From: an uncultured Acidobacteriaceae bacterium | GTDB lineage: Bacteria; Acidobacteriota; Terriglobia; Terriglobales; Acidobacteriaceae | Assembly (NCBI GenBank): GCA_963800575.1 | Contig: CAWDBN010000013.1 | Span: 4,497-68,496 of the forward strand | DNA: 64,000 nt | Reading direction: 5' to 3' | Part shown: piece after piece, positions 37,136 to 46,819 of the stretch | How positions within the stretch are numbered: the first letter of the stretch is position 1 | How the letters are laid out: each line of letters opens with the position of its first letter | The notes under the pieces: model-generated | Seen by the model: only the letters and a program-made list of their open reading frames with translations | Told to the model about the DNA's origin: nothing | The model's database searches: none | Position numbers and translations under genes: made by a program

Positions 37136-39742
37136 TCACCCGCCAAGTTCCAGACTCTTCAACTCACTCACCACCGCCTTCTCCACCTTCTTCTGGGTCT
37201 CCGCCGTGAGCTTGTTTCCCTGCGAGGTCAAGTAAAACGTGTCGATCGCCATTTGACCCTCGGTGTCGATCAAGGCAATCTCAATGTTGCATTTCTGATG
37301 CGAGAGGCAAGAACTGATGCGATGCAGCAACCGCGGCCGGTCCTGTGCGATCACCTGCAGGAGAGTGCTGGTCGACGAGCATTCATCGTCAAAGTCAATC
37401 CGGGTCTCGACCACCACTTTGACGCGGGCGCTCTTCTCGCTGCGCTGCCGATCGCGCAGCATCTTATCCAGATCCGCCGTCCCCGACAAGACCGCGGCGA
37501 TGCTCTGCTTGAACCGCTCCCACTCTGACATGTTCAATTCCAAAGTGCGAAAGCGATCCGTAAAGTAAAGCGTGTCCACTACGGTTCCCACCTGGTTTGA
37601 AAAAGCATGGGCCTTCACGATGTTCAATCCCCACGCCGCCAGCACTCCGGTCAAAGTCGCGAACAGCGACGCGCGATCTTTTGTGACCAGCGTCACCTCA
37701 TACCAGTGCCGCCCCCGCTTCAAGTCCACCTGCACTGGATCGTGGCCAAACTTTTCCGCCATTTCCATGTGCCGCATCACTTCTTCAGCGGAGTGCACCC
37801 GCAAGTATCTTTGCGGAAATCCCTCTACAAATTCCTTGAACTTCGCGCTCATCACCGGAGCCAGGCTGCGCAGCCGCGCCAGTTTTTCTCCGTTCGCATC
37901 GTGCACCCGCTGGTCTGCGCTGCGATTCAGATAGTTGGCCGCGCCAATGTAGAGCTGCCAAACGTTTTCCGCCTTCCACGGCGTCAGCGCCTCAGGATTC
38001 ACCGCCTTGATATCCGCATACGTCAGCAGGCACAGCATCTTCAGCCGCTCCGGTGTGCCTACTTTTTCCGCGAAAGCCGCTACCGTCTCGGGATTGAAAA
38101 TGTCCCGGCGCAACTGTGCGGACATTTCCAGATGGTTTCCGATCAAAAACAGAACCGCCGCCCGTTCTCCCGCATCGACATCGAGCCGGTCCAGGCACCG
38201 GGCTGCAATCTCCAGACTCGCCTCCACATGATTGCCGCCGGGCATACCTTTCCCTGTGTCGTGCAATAACAGCGCAAGATAAAGCAATTCCGGATCTTCG
38301 AGCTCCCCCAGCAACTCCGCATATCGCCGGTCCCATTCGGATCTCGATTCCTTCAACCGGTGCAGACTCTCAATGGCGAGGATCGAGTGCTCGTCCACCG
38401 TGAAGCGGTGATAAAAATCCCGCACCACCAGCGAATCAATGGGCTTCAGTTCCGGCAATAGCAATGTAAGTAAGCGCAGTGAATGCATGGCCCGCAGCGC
38501 CTCTGCGGCGTGGGGCTGCAGAAGCGTCTCCTGCAGATAGAGCCAGAGCTCGGCCCCTCGCGGTGGCGCCACCGCCAGCGCCGGCAGCTCCTGCTCGATC
38601 CTGTGCTCCGTCGTCGCACTCAACCTCAACCCGTGATGCGCCATAAAATGAAACAGCCGCAGCAGCATCTCAGGATCTCGTAGCGAAGATGACTGCTGCA
38701 GAAAAATCATTCCATCCACCACAGAAAAGTCAGAACTCGCCGGCCGCGACCGCCAGCCCTGAAATTGCCGTCGCAGCGAAGACCACGCCTCCGGAATCTC
38801 CTCCTGCAACTGCATCACCGTACGCTGCACTGCACGGGCGTGCCCGAAGTAAATCCGCATCCAATCTGCGGCAGTAAGCTCCGCTGCATCCGAAGCCCCA
38901 ATCTTCCGCGCCGCGGCTTCGTCCTGCGCCTCCCAGCTGAGCGAGTTATCGTCACGCCCGTGGCGGAAATGCAGAAAACACCGCGTCGCCATCAGGAATT
39001 CCAGCGCTGCATCCAGCTGCTTCCTCACCGGTGCCCGCAGCGAGCTCGCGTGCGGCCAGTCGCCCAGTTTACCCATGGCGGAGATCAGCGCCAGCCAGCA
39101 GGCCACGTTGCAATCCCGCAGGCCGCCCGGAGTCTCTTTTAAATTCGGCTCCAGATGAAATACGGTCTGCCCGAATTTTCCATGCCGCTCCCGCGTGACT
39201 TCGGCCAGCCCCTGGAGCAATGGCTTTGCTTCCCGCATCACGAGCTTGGGTATTACTTTGTCGCGGAGCCGCGCGAACAGCTCAGGGTCGCCGGCAAGGT
39301 AACGGCAATCCAGAAGAGAAATAGTGAATTCGGTATTGTTCGGATCGAAGCGATCGCACTCCGCCAGCGTCCGCGATGCCGGGCTCAACTTGAGCTTAAG
39401 ATCCCACAACTCCTGCGAGAACCGCTCGATCTTTTCTTTGTGGGCTTCCTCACCCCGGCGGTCGGCATATAAGAAGAGAAGATCGATGTCGGAAAAAGGA
39501 AACAGCCAGCCCCGCCCGAATCCTCCGGTCGCGATCAGCGTAAAGTCCCGCGGGCCCGTCAGGTCGGCTGACACCAGGTCCTGCCACAACCGCTTGAGAA
39601 TGTCTTCAACTAGCCGTGTCCGCTGCGCAACCGCGGCACGCCCGTCTCCGGCTGCCGCAAAGTCCCGCGCGATCCGCGCCGACTCCTCGACGAGAGAACC
39701 TCGCAGTTCACTGATCAGTGAAGACGCTGCCGTCATGACCAT
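37136..39742 (-). CDS. glnD: Bifunctional [protein-PII] uridylyltransferase/uridylyl-removing enzyme
   Basis: 868 aa with an N-terminal nucleotidyltransferase (GGFGRGWLFPFSDIDLLF), an HD domain (LLLHDTGK) and two C-terminal ACT-like domains. It lies downstream of glnB. Confidence 0.9.
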   Translation of the reverse strand: MVMTAASSLISELRGSLVEESARIARDFAAAGDGRAAVAQRTRLVEDILKRLWQDLVSADLTGPRDFTLIATGGFGRGWLFPFSDIDLLFLYADRRGEEAHKEKIERFSQELWDLKLKLSPASRTLAECDRFDPNNTEFTISLLDCRYLAGDPELFARLRDKVIPKLVMREAKPLLQGLAEVTRERHGKFGQTVFHLEPNLKETPGGLRDCNVACWLALISAMGKLGDWPHASSLRAPVRKQLDAALEFLMATRCFLHFRHGRDDNSLSWEAQDEAAARKIGASDAAELTAADWMRIYFGHARAVQRTVMQLQEEIPEAWSSLRRQFQGWRSRPASSDFSVVDGMIFLQQSSSLRDPEMLLRLFHFMAHHGLRLSATTEHRIEQELPALAVAPPRGAELWLYLQETLLQPHAAEALRAMHSLRLLTLLLPELKPIDSLVVRDFYHRFTVDEHSILAIESLHRLKESRSEWDRRYAELLGELEDPELLYLALLLHDTGKGMPGGNHVEASLEIAARCLDRLDVDAGERAAVLFLIGNHLEMSAQLRRDIFNPETVAAFAEKVGTPERLKMLCLLTYADIKAVNPEALTPWKAENVWQLYIGAANYLNRSADQRVHDANGEKLARLRSLAPVMSAKFKEFVEGFPQRYLRVHSAEEVMRHMEMAEKFGHDPVQVDLKRGRHWYEVTLVTKDRASLFATLTGVLAAWGLNIVKAHAFSNQVGTVVDTLYFTDRFRTLELNMSEWERFKQSIAAVLSGTADLDKMLRDRQRSEKSARVKVVVETRIDFDDECSSTSTLLQVIAQDRPRLLHRISSCLSHQKCNIEIALIDTEGQMAIDTFYLTSQGNKLTAETQKKVEKAVVSELKSLELGG

Positions 39743-39825
39743 GCTGCTGATGTTGCCGTCCGGTGGAGTCCGGTAGAATGTTCTCTCTTTCCCAGTCTGG
39801 CCGCGATCCTTGCGCGAGTTACGTC

Positions 39826-40164
39826 CTACAAAGCTCCCTCACCCCGCTCCTCATTGCGGATGCGAATCGCATCATCCACGCGCGTCAGAAAGATTTTCCC
39901 GTCGCCGATCTTCCCCGTCCGGGCTGCCACCAATATGGCCTGCACCGCCTTCTCCACCATTGTGTCCGCCAGCACTACTTCCAGCTTTGTCTTGGGGATC
40001 AAGTCCACGCTGTACTCGCGGCCGCGGTACACCTCGGTGTGCCCCTTTTGCCGCCCGTGCCCTCGCACCTCGATCACCGTCATACCCTCGACGCCAATCT
40101 CCTGCAGTGCGCTCTTCACCGCCTCCAGTTTGGAGTTTTGGATGACTGCCTCAACCTTGGTCAT
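39826..40164 (-). CDS. glnB: Nitrogen regulatory protein P-II
   Basis: 112 aa. It has the T-loop GHGRQKGHTEVYRGREY, including the uridylylatable Tyr, and the C-terminal TGKIGDGKIF motif. Confidence 0.93.
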   Translation of the reverse strand: MTKVEAVIQNSKLEAVKSALQEIGVEGMTVIEVRGHGRQKGHTEVYRGREYSVDLIPKTKLEVVLADTMVEKAVQAILVAARTGKIGDGKIFLTRVDDAIRIRNEERGEGAL

Positions 40165-40335
40165 GATGTTGTTCTAAACAGTCGTTTCCCCGTGATGAGC
40201 GCCTTTGCCTAAGCCAGCCAGCCGAACACAAACCGGCACGCGCTCACTTTATCGTCTGCCGCCGCTTCACGGAAATCGAAACTATTTATCCTTCCTATCA
40301 GGATTTGTTATGCAGAACGAAGCAGTACAAAACGA

Positions 40336-41499
40336 TCACTTCGCCGGGCCCTTCTGCGCTTCCGGAGGTACGGGGGGCCTGGCAAACTTAGCATCATCCA
40401 CCGGAACATTCTCCTTCACTTCACTAATCTGAATCGTGAACCGGCCGCCCGGCCGCGCCAGCGTCCAGCGGAACGGAATTTTCACTCCGCCCGCTTCGCG
40501 GTAATCCGCATAATCGATCTGCGTGGGCAACAGCCCCAGCGGCGTGTCTCCGTACCGAACCAGCCGCACCAGCAACCCCGACTGCTCGTCGAAATACATC
40601 CGCAGCGGCGTTTTACCATCACGCTGCCCAATTACCAGGTAGGCATCGCGCTCACCTATCTTCTCCGTGCCTGACGCCTCCACTGCGCTGAACATCTCTT
40701 TCAAGTGCGCAGCAAAGTGAAGATCCGCGTCCATCGAAGCACCGTCGACATCGGGCCCGTGCATTTCCCGCACTGCATGCCCGGGAACTCCCAGCCAGCC
40801 TTCGTGCCCGTCGAAAGCGGTGACGCTGTCTCCGTCCGGCGTGTGCGTGAACGACACTCGTTTGTCCGGATCCTTCGAGAAAATATCGATCGGAATATTC
40901 CTGTCACCGAAAGTGATCGTCCCCTTCATCACTCGGCTCGTAATTTTCTCGACTGCAGCGGCGCCGCCAACAGCCTGCAGATATTTGTCGAGCAACTGAT
41001 CAGCCGGTGGACCACCCGCTTCCTTTCCCGCCTCTTGGCTGTTCGTTTCCTCCGCCTTCTTCGCTTCGCCAACGCCCATCGGCGCTTCCGCCATTACTAA
41101 CGGCGTAGCGATGGGAGTGGCACTACCCCGGTGGCAGGAATAGCAAGTCACCTCGCGATGTCCCTCGAAGTTATCCTTATTGATGGCGAACATCATCTGT
41201 ATCATTTTCCGCGCGGTCTGCTTCGTCTTTTTGTCGTCCTTCTCAAACGCGCCCTCCACGTGGCAAAACTGGCACTCCACTCCCAGTGACGCCGTGATGA
41301 ATTGCATCGCCGGGAACACTTGATCCGCCGGAATTCCTTTGAGCGCCTGAATGTTCTTGAACTGCTCCTCGGCTTTTTTCGGTCCGGCAGCGTTCGCAAC
41401 CGTGGCCGCACCCGACTGCGCCTTCGCCTCGCCGATCGCGATTCCACCGAGCATCAGCAAGACGACCATGCCAAAGGCTGAAAGCAGTTTTTTCTTCAT
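40336..41499 (-). CDS. Secreted c-type cytochrome (photosynthetic reaction-centre cytochrome c subunit-like N-domain, 2 CXXCH) fused to a LolA-like/beta-sandwich C-domain
   Basis: The start is taken at MKKKLLSAFG (signal peptide). The segments FKNIQALKGIPADQ...CQFCH and ...CYSCH follow the PRC-cytochrome-family pattern. The ORF track extends the start to 41688, which would overlap the upstream gene. Confidence 0.7.
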   Translation of the reverse strand: MKKKLLSAFGMVVLLMLGGIAIGEAKAQSGAATVANAAGPKKAEEQFKNIQALKGIPADQVFPAMQFITASLGVECQFCHVEGAFEKDDKKTKQTARKMIQMMFAINKDNFEGHREVTCYSCHRGSATPIATPLVMAEAPMGVGEAKKAEETNSQEAGKEAGGPPADQLLDKYLQAVGGAAAVEKITSRVMKGTITFGDRNIPIDIFSKDPDKRVSFTHTPDGDSVTAFDGHEGWLGVPGHAVREMHGPDVDGASMDADLHFAAHLKEMFSAVEASGTEKIGERDAYLVIGQRDGKTPLRMYFDEQSGLLVRLVRYGDTPLGLLPTQIDYADYREAGGVKIPFRWTLARPGGRFTIQISEVKENVPVDDAKFARPPVPPEAQKGPAK

Positions 41500-41539
41500 C
41501 GATTTAGCCCCAATAGAAAATTTCGGAAACAAGTACTTT

Positions 41540-43420
41540 TTACGGCTGATTACTGTACACGTATTTACCAGAAAGCTCCGCGATGACAAACTTCGCCGGC
41601 AAAAGTTCATCAACTTTCGCCATTTCGTATGGAGGCACAAACAGGAACACTCGTCCGCTCCCCGCCCAGTCGCGTTGCAAATCTGCATCGCTCAAATAGA
41701 TATTGGGCGCATCCGCGAAGGTCGAACCGAACCACATCGAAGTCGTACGCCCCTCCACCAGATCAATCGGCCGCCGCAGATAAAACAGCAACGAGGACCC
41801 GAACGCCTGGTCGCCGTAAATCATCACCTTATCTTCCGGCCTTGCCCGCGCCTCGATTTCCTGCGCCAACTGCTTCGAAGAAAGATACGGACCAAACCGC
41901 CCGAGAGCGATGTGCGCCGCCACCAGGAAGACCGCAAATCCTGCTCCGAGAGCCCAGGTCGCAGAATAATGCCGCCGGTACACGCGCAGAATGAATGACG
42001 TGAACGGAGCCACCAGCAGCACCGCGGCGGCCAGCGCCGCCGGAAGCCGCAGCGCGGCAAATGACGCATAGCTCAAATCGAGAATGTGCGACATCGAAAG
42101 CTGGTACGCGTTCAGATCCTGCTTGCCCAGCACATTTCCGATGTCCGCCTCGAACGGTAGGTTCCGCGACTTCCACAGTCCGATCAATAATGCAACGCTG
42201 GCTGCAACTCCAATCGCCGCCAGAAAGCCCGCGGAGGTCGTCAGCCAACCCGTACGCACCCCGCGTTCACACTCCGTCTGCTCGCACTGTGCCACACCGT
42301 CCGCCAGCAACAACAAAAGTGGCAAGTAGGCAGGAAACGTGTAGTACTCCTGGTTGGTCGACAAGGCGAAAAAGATCAGAACCACCCCCGCCCAGATCCA
42401 GCACAGCATCCTAGTCCGCAATGCGAAATCGCTCAGCCGCCGCTCTGCACTCTGCCTTGTCTCGGAACTTGTCTCTGAACTGCTGCGCCAGCTCCGCCAC
42501 GCTCCCATGGCAGTCGTCACCGCCGCCGGCAAATAGAGACTCCACGGAAACAACCACACCAGATGCAGCGTCCAGTACAGTGTTGCGGGAAGTTTGCTGT
42601 AATCCCGCGGATACCGCTTGCCCAGGAATCTCAGGAAGTGTTCGTTCACGAAATAAAACCAGAAGAAACCGTGATGGTCCGCCGTACCCGGATTCCGCAG
42701 CCCCGCCAGAATATGCCACGGGGCGGCAATCGCCAGAAATAACGCCAGCCCTGAAATCAACCGGAACTGCCGCCAGCGCCGCCAATCTCCCGTAACGAGC
42801 AGAAAGAAGAATGCCGCCCCGCAGGGAAATACCAGTGCAATCAATCCCTTGGTCAGCACGCCCAACGCCATCATCGCGTATCCGGCATACCATCTCCACG
42901 GCGCAGCATCTGGCTCGAGCGCTGTGAGGAAAAAATACATAGCCGCCGCGATCAGCAGGCTGAGCAGCACATCCGGGATGAGAACCCGCGTAAACAGGTA
43001 CACGCCCGCGCAGGTAAAGACGAACAAACTCGCATAAATCCCGGTCCGCTCCCCGAACGCGCGACGCCCCCAGCAAAACGCCAACACTCCCAACAGCAGC
43101 ACCGACAACACCATCGGCAGCCGCGTACTGAATTCGTTCACTCCTAAGGCCTTGTAGCAGATTGCCACCAGCCAGTACGGCAACGGCGGTTTCTCCAGAT
43201 ACCGGACTCCGTTGATGTGCAGCGTGACGTAGTCGCCCGTCACGACCATTTCGCGTGCCGCCTCCGCGTGTGTACTATCGGCGTCATCCAGCAGCCCGGG
43301 GGTAAACATCGACCCAACGTAAACCGCGAGAAACACCACCGCCAGCGCCCAGTAAGCCACCCTGGACCCGTGCCCACGCTGGTTTTCCGCAGATGTAGGA
43401 GAAACCGGATTTGCCATCAA
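41540..43420 (-). CDS. GT39/ArnT-like (GT-C fold) glycosyltransferase
   Basis: 626 aa. The N-terminal two-thirds contain many TM helices with an ArnT/PMT-like loop (LDDADSTHAEAAREM...YLEKPPL). A soluble C-terminal domain follows. Confidence 0.75.
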   Translation of the reverse strand: MMANPVSPTSAENQRGHGSRVAYWALAVVFLAVYVGSMFTPGLLDDADSTHAEAAREMVVTGDYVTLHINGVRYLEKPPLPYWLVAICYKALGVNEFSTRLPMVLSVLLLGVLAFCWGRRAFGERTGIYASLFVFTCAGVYLFTRVLIPDVLLSLLIAAAMYFFLTALEPDAAPWRWYAGYAMMALGVLTKGLIALVFPCGAAFFFLLVTGDWRRWRQFRLISGLALFLAIAAPWHILAGLRNPGTADHHGFFWFYFVNEHFLRFLGKRYPRDYSKLPATLYWTLHLVWLFPWSLYLPAAVTTAMGAWRSWRSSSETSSETRQSAERRLSDFALRTRMLCWIWAGVVLIFFALSTNQEYYTFPAYLPLLLLLADGVAQCEQTECERGVRTGWLTTSAGFLAAIGVAASVALLIGLWKSRNLPFEADIGNVLGKQDLNAYQLSMSHILDLSYASFAALRLPAALAAAVLLVAPFTSFILRVYRRHYSATWALGAGFAVFLVAAHIALGRFGPYLSSKQLAQEIEARARPEDKVMIYGDQAFGSSLLFYLRRPIDLVEGRTTSMWFGSTFADAPNIYLSDADLQRDWAGSGRVFLFVPPYEMAKVDELLPAKFVIAELSGKYVYSNQP

Positions 43421-43532
43421 GTCGATGAGCCCAACACAGTCTTACAAATACCAAGCCGGTCAGCAACTATCGCAAAGCTGGGGCCATGGAGAGACGACGC
43501 TCATGCGGGGACGGGCGCATTCGCGAGCCTGC

Positions 43533-43556
43533 CCTGAGCGAGGCCGAAGGGTCCCC
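43533..43556. repeat. Degenerate copy of dispersed repeat family A (CCTGAGCGAGGCCGAAGGGTCCCC)
   Basis: It shares the CYGAGCGA-N-CGAAGG core with the copies at 48241, 55496, 61079, 61695 and 62508, and it is intergenic. Confidence 0.45.
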
Positions 43557-43574
43557 GCGAGCGCAGCGAGCCGA

Positions 43575-44900
43575 TCACTGCTGTTTCCCTCCCGCCTCCC
43601 CACCCCGAATAAAATATCGCCACTTGTCCATCCCGGCCGGCACCGCCACATCGAAAAATCCGACCATCATTTCCTGTGACGTCTGATCGCCCCAAGTTAC
43701 CATCTTCTCCGGATCCGGATTATGTGGATTATTCTTCGAATTGTCATACCACGCCACCGCCCGCAACTTTGTCCCCGCCTTCAACTCCCGCGGCTCAGCC
43801 AGCTTGTAACTCAGCTGCCAGTGAAAGTGATAATTCACCCGCAGTAGCGTCTCCACGCTTCCATCGTCGTGCACAATGTCATATTCAAACCGCTTCCCGC
43901 GCAAATGCATGTGCGGGAAAAAGCTAAGCAAAGTTGCATCGTTCGGCAGAGTCCCCTCCACCTCTACTCGAAAATCGTTCGCTCCCGGCGGAATCAGCAA
44001 CGCATGATTATTCAACTGCAGTGTGATCACCCGCTCCTTCGGCGGATTCTTCGCAAAAACCAGCCCAACACTAGTCTCGTCGCTCGATGCCTCGCCGTTC
44101 GTCGTGTAGTGCATCTGAAACACCAGATCCGACCCCGCCGGAACAAACTTCGCCATCCCGTCCGCCCATCGGTCAGGCGCACTCCCTGGCGCATACACCA
44201 ACAGCAAATCGCTCGTAGTCTCGTGCGCCTGCCGCCGTTCCTCCGGATCCGTCAGCATCGAGGCCGTGAACGGCTCGCCCACCGGCGCATGCCGCAGCCA
44301 AGGCGAATCCGGAGGCCGGATGTACACCACCGCATGATGCACATGCGCCGCGCTCGAAGGCCGCGCCTCCACCATCTGCACCCATTTGTCCTCGGTAAAA
44401 TGTGTAGGCACAATCTCGTACGTGTATTCCACCTCGCCGTTAGCTGGAATCTGCACCGCCTTCGGCATTTTCACCACCAAGTCCGGCTTCGGGATGTTCC
44501 AGTCTCCACTCCATGTCCGCGGAGCAGGCGCATCGCGCGCGTCTCCAGGCGGTGCTCCAGCATTTGCCCAGGCCACAATGCTCGCAATCTGCTCCGCACT
44601 CAACGAAGGATCATTCGCAAAATGCCCATATCGCGGATCGGCAAACCAGGGTGGCATCATCCGCATCTGTACCGCAGCCGCAATTTTCGCTGCCCAGGGC
44701 CGTGTCTGCTCATAAGTCACCAGCGCCATCGGCGCAGCCTCCCCGCTCCGGTGGCAACTCTGGCATTTGTCCTGGAGCATCGGAAGCACATCCTTATAAA
44801 AAGTAGGTGACGCAGTTTTCTCATTCCCGGCGGGAGCCGAACCCGGCATCTGCGAGAGTGCCCCCGTCAACAGCAGAGTCAACGCCGCCGCGAAAACCAT
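43575..44900 (-). CDS. Haem c (CXXCH) domain fused to a copper type II ascorbate-dependent monooxygenase (DBH/PHM)-like domain
   Basis: The start is chosen at MVFAAALT (signal peptide). The N-domain is FYKDVLPMLQDKCQSCHR...MPPW. The C-domain has HHAVVY and FPHMHLRGKRFEY (HxH...M copper-site-like motifs). Confidence 0.7.
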   Translation of the reverse strand: MVFAAALTLLLTGALSQMPGSAPAGNEKTASPTFYKDVLPMLQDKCQSCHRSGEAAPMALVTYEQTRPWAAKIAAAVQMRMMPPWFADPRYGHFANDPSLSAEQIASIVAWANAGAPPGDARDAPAPRTWSGDWNIPKPDLVVKMPKAVQIPANGEVEYTYEIVPTHFTEDKWVQMVEARPSSAAHVHHAVVYIRPPDSPWLRHAPVGEPFTASMLTDPEERRQAHETTSDLLLVYAPGSAPDRWADGMAKFVPAGSDLVFQMHYTTNGEASSDETSVGLVFAKNPPKERVITLQLNNHALLIPPGANDFRVEVEGTLPNDATLLSFFPHMHLRGKRFEYDIVHDDGSVETLLRVNYHFHWQLSYKLAEPRELKAGTKLRAVAWYDNSKNNPHNPDPEKMVTWGDQTSQEMMVGFFDVAVPAGMDKWRYFIRGGEAGGKQQ

Positions 44901-44911
44901 CCCGAGTCTCT

Positions 44912-45625
44912 TCACGAGCGCAAAAACTCCAAAGTCAAAACCCATGCCTGCCGCGCCGAGTGCGGTTCATAAGCCGCCCTCTCGTCACAAAAGAATCCAT
45001 GGTCGGCGCGGGAGAACACTACATTCACATAAACCTTCTGCTGTGCACTCAAAGCATCGGTCACTCCCTTCCGGTACTCCGGCGTGAGGCGCTTGTCCAA
45101 TCCACCCCAGATGAGCAACGACGGCGCCCGCAGCTTCGCCACTCGATCCAGCAATCCCGGAGCGATTCCTCCTCCATAAAACGAAACCGCACTGCGCAAT
45201 GGAACTACGCTGTTAGCAAGAAAAGAGACCCGCCCACCCATGCAGAACCCCACACTCGAAATCTCGTTACCTTTTATTTTCGCATTCGATCTCAGCCACT
45301 CATATGCGGATCGTAGGTCTGCTTCCGCAGTCTCTGTTGTCACTGCCTCGTAGTGCGACTTCAAAGAGGGAAAGTCCGTATAGCTGCCCTCAAACCCCGG
45401 CGGCGCCGTGCGATGAAACAGCTCCGGGGCAATCACCACGTATCCCTCCCCAGCAAACCGGTCGCTCATGCTGCGAATGTGATGGTTAACCCCAAATGCT
45501 TCCTGGAACAACAGCAGCCCAGGATGCGGCCCGCTCGCCTCCGGACGCGCCACATAAGCTGCCATCCGCGTTCCATCCGAAACGGCCAGTTCCACCTTCT
45601 CTTTCAAGATCGCAATTCCGCTCAT
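44912..45625 (-). CDS. Dienelactone hydrolase family protein
   Basis: 237 aa. It has PGLLLFQEAFGVN, the nucleophile elbow GFCMGG and a C-terminal ADHGF motif. Confidence 0.85.
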   Translation of the reverse strand: MSGIAILKEKVELAVSDGTRMAAYVARPEASGPHPGLLLFQEAFGVNHHIRSMSDRFAGEGYVVIAPELFHRTAPPGFEGSYTDFPSLKSHYEAVTTETAEADLRSAYEWLRSNAKIKGNEISSVGFCMGGRVSFLANSVVPLRSAVSFYGGGIAPGLLDRVAKLRAPSLLIWGGLDKRLTPEYRKGVTDALSAQQKVYVNVVFSRADHGFFCDERAAYEPHSARQAWVLTLEFLRS

Positions 45626-45736
45626 ACTTTTTCCACCGTGAAGATTTCTTCCTTGTTAGTCTCGCACAGCTACGACTCCGCGGCGCACGCGTCTCCCCAC
45701 AAAAATGCTAAAGTAATCGGTCGATCTGATCGAATC

Positions 45737-46819
45737 ATGTCTGCGCCCAATTCTCTCTTCGTTCGCGCTTGCAAGTCCCAGCCCGTCGAGCGAACTCCCG
45801 TCTGGTTCATGCGCCAGGCCGGACGCTACATGCCCGAGTATCGCGCCGTTCGCAAGCAGCATTCCCTGCTTGAAATCTGCAAGAAACCGGCACTCGCCGC
45901 CGAAGTCACCATTACCGCCGCTGAAATTCTTCAGGTCGACGCCGCCATCATCTTTGCCGACCTCCTGCTTCCACTCGAAGTCATGGGCCTGCCCTTTCAT
46001 TTCTCTGCCGGAGAAGGTCCTGTAATCGAGAAGCCGGTCCGCACTTCGGAAGACGTTGCTCGCCTCCGCACCGACCGCGCCGCCGATCTCGGCTATGTCT
46101 CCGAGGCCGTGAGTTTGGTCGCAAAACATTTCGCCGAAAAGCTTCCTGTCATCGGCTTCTGTGGAGCACCCTTCACCCTGGCCAGCTACATGATTGAGGG
46201 CGGCAGCTCCCGCCACTACCTCCACACCAAGAAAATGATGTACAACGCCCCGGCCGACTGGGACGCATTAATGCGCAAACTGGTGGATGTCACCGCCGAG
46301 TACTCCGCCGCCCAGGTGCATGCCGGCGCCGATGTCATCCAGATTTTCGATAGCTGGGTCGGCTGCCTGGGCGTGGAAGACTATCGCCGTCACGTTCTGC
46401 CGCACGTGACCGACTTAGTCAAGCGCCTGCAAAAGACCGGAGCACCCATAATTTATTTTGGCACCGACAGCGCGACCCTGCTTCCCGCGATGAGTCAAAC
46501 CGGAGCCGAAGTCATCGGCCTGGATTGGCGCATTCCGCTCGATCAGGGCTGGAGCGACCTCGAACATCGCTGCGCCGTGCAAGGCAATCTGGACCCCGTC
46601 CTGCTCTTCGCCGACTGGAAGGAACTGAAGTCTCGCGCCGAGCATATTCTTCGACTCGCCGGCGGACGCACCGGCCACATCTTCAATCTAGGACACGGCA
46701 TCCTCCCGGAAACCCCGGTCGAAAATGTGAAGAAACTCGCCCGCCTGATTCAAGAACATTCTGCCGTGAATTCGCAGAGCCGAAGCCCGAAGTCTGAAGC
46801 CCGAAGCCCGCATCCATGA
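45737..46819 (+). CDS. hemE: Uroporphyrinogen decarboxylase
   Basis: The start is at MSAPNSLF, and the signature PVWFMRQAGRYMPEYR is present (360 aa). The track ORF extends spuriously upstream to 45353. Confidence 0.92.
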   Translation: MSAPNSLFVRACKSQPVERTPVWFMRQAGRYMPEYRAVRKQHSLLEICKKPALAAEVTITAAEILQVDAAIIFADLLLPLEVMGLPFHFSAGEGPVIEKPVRTSEDVARLRTDRAADLGYVSEAVSLVAKHFAEKLPVIGFCGAPFTLASYMIEGGSSRHYLHTKKMMYNAPADWDALMRKLVDVTAEYSAAQVHAGADVIQIFDSWVGCLGVEDYRRHVLPHVTDLVKRLQKTGAPIIYFGTDSATLLPAMSQTGAEVIGLDWRIPLDQGWSDLEHRCAVQGNLDPVLLFADWKELKSRAEHILRLAGGRTGHIFNLGHGILPETPVENVKKLARLIQEHSAVNSQSRSPKSEARSPHP

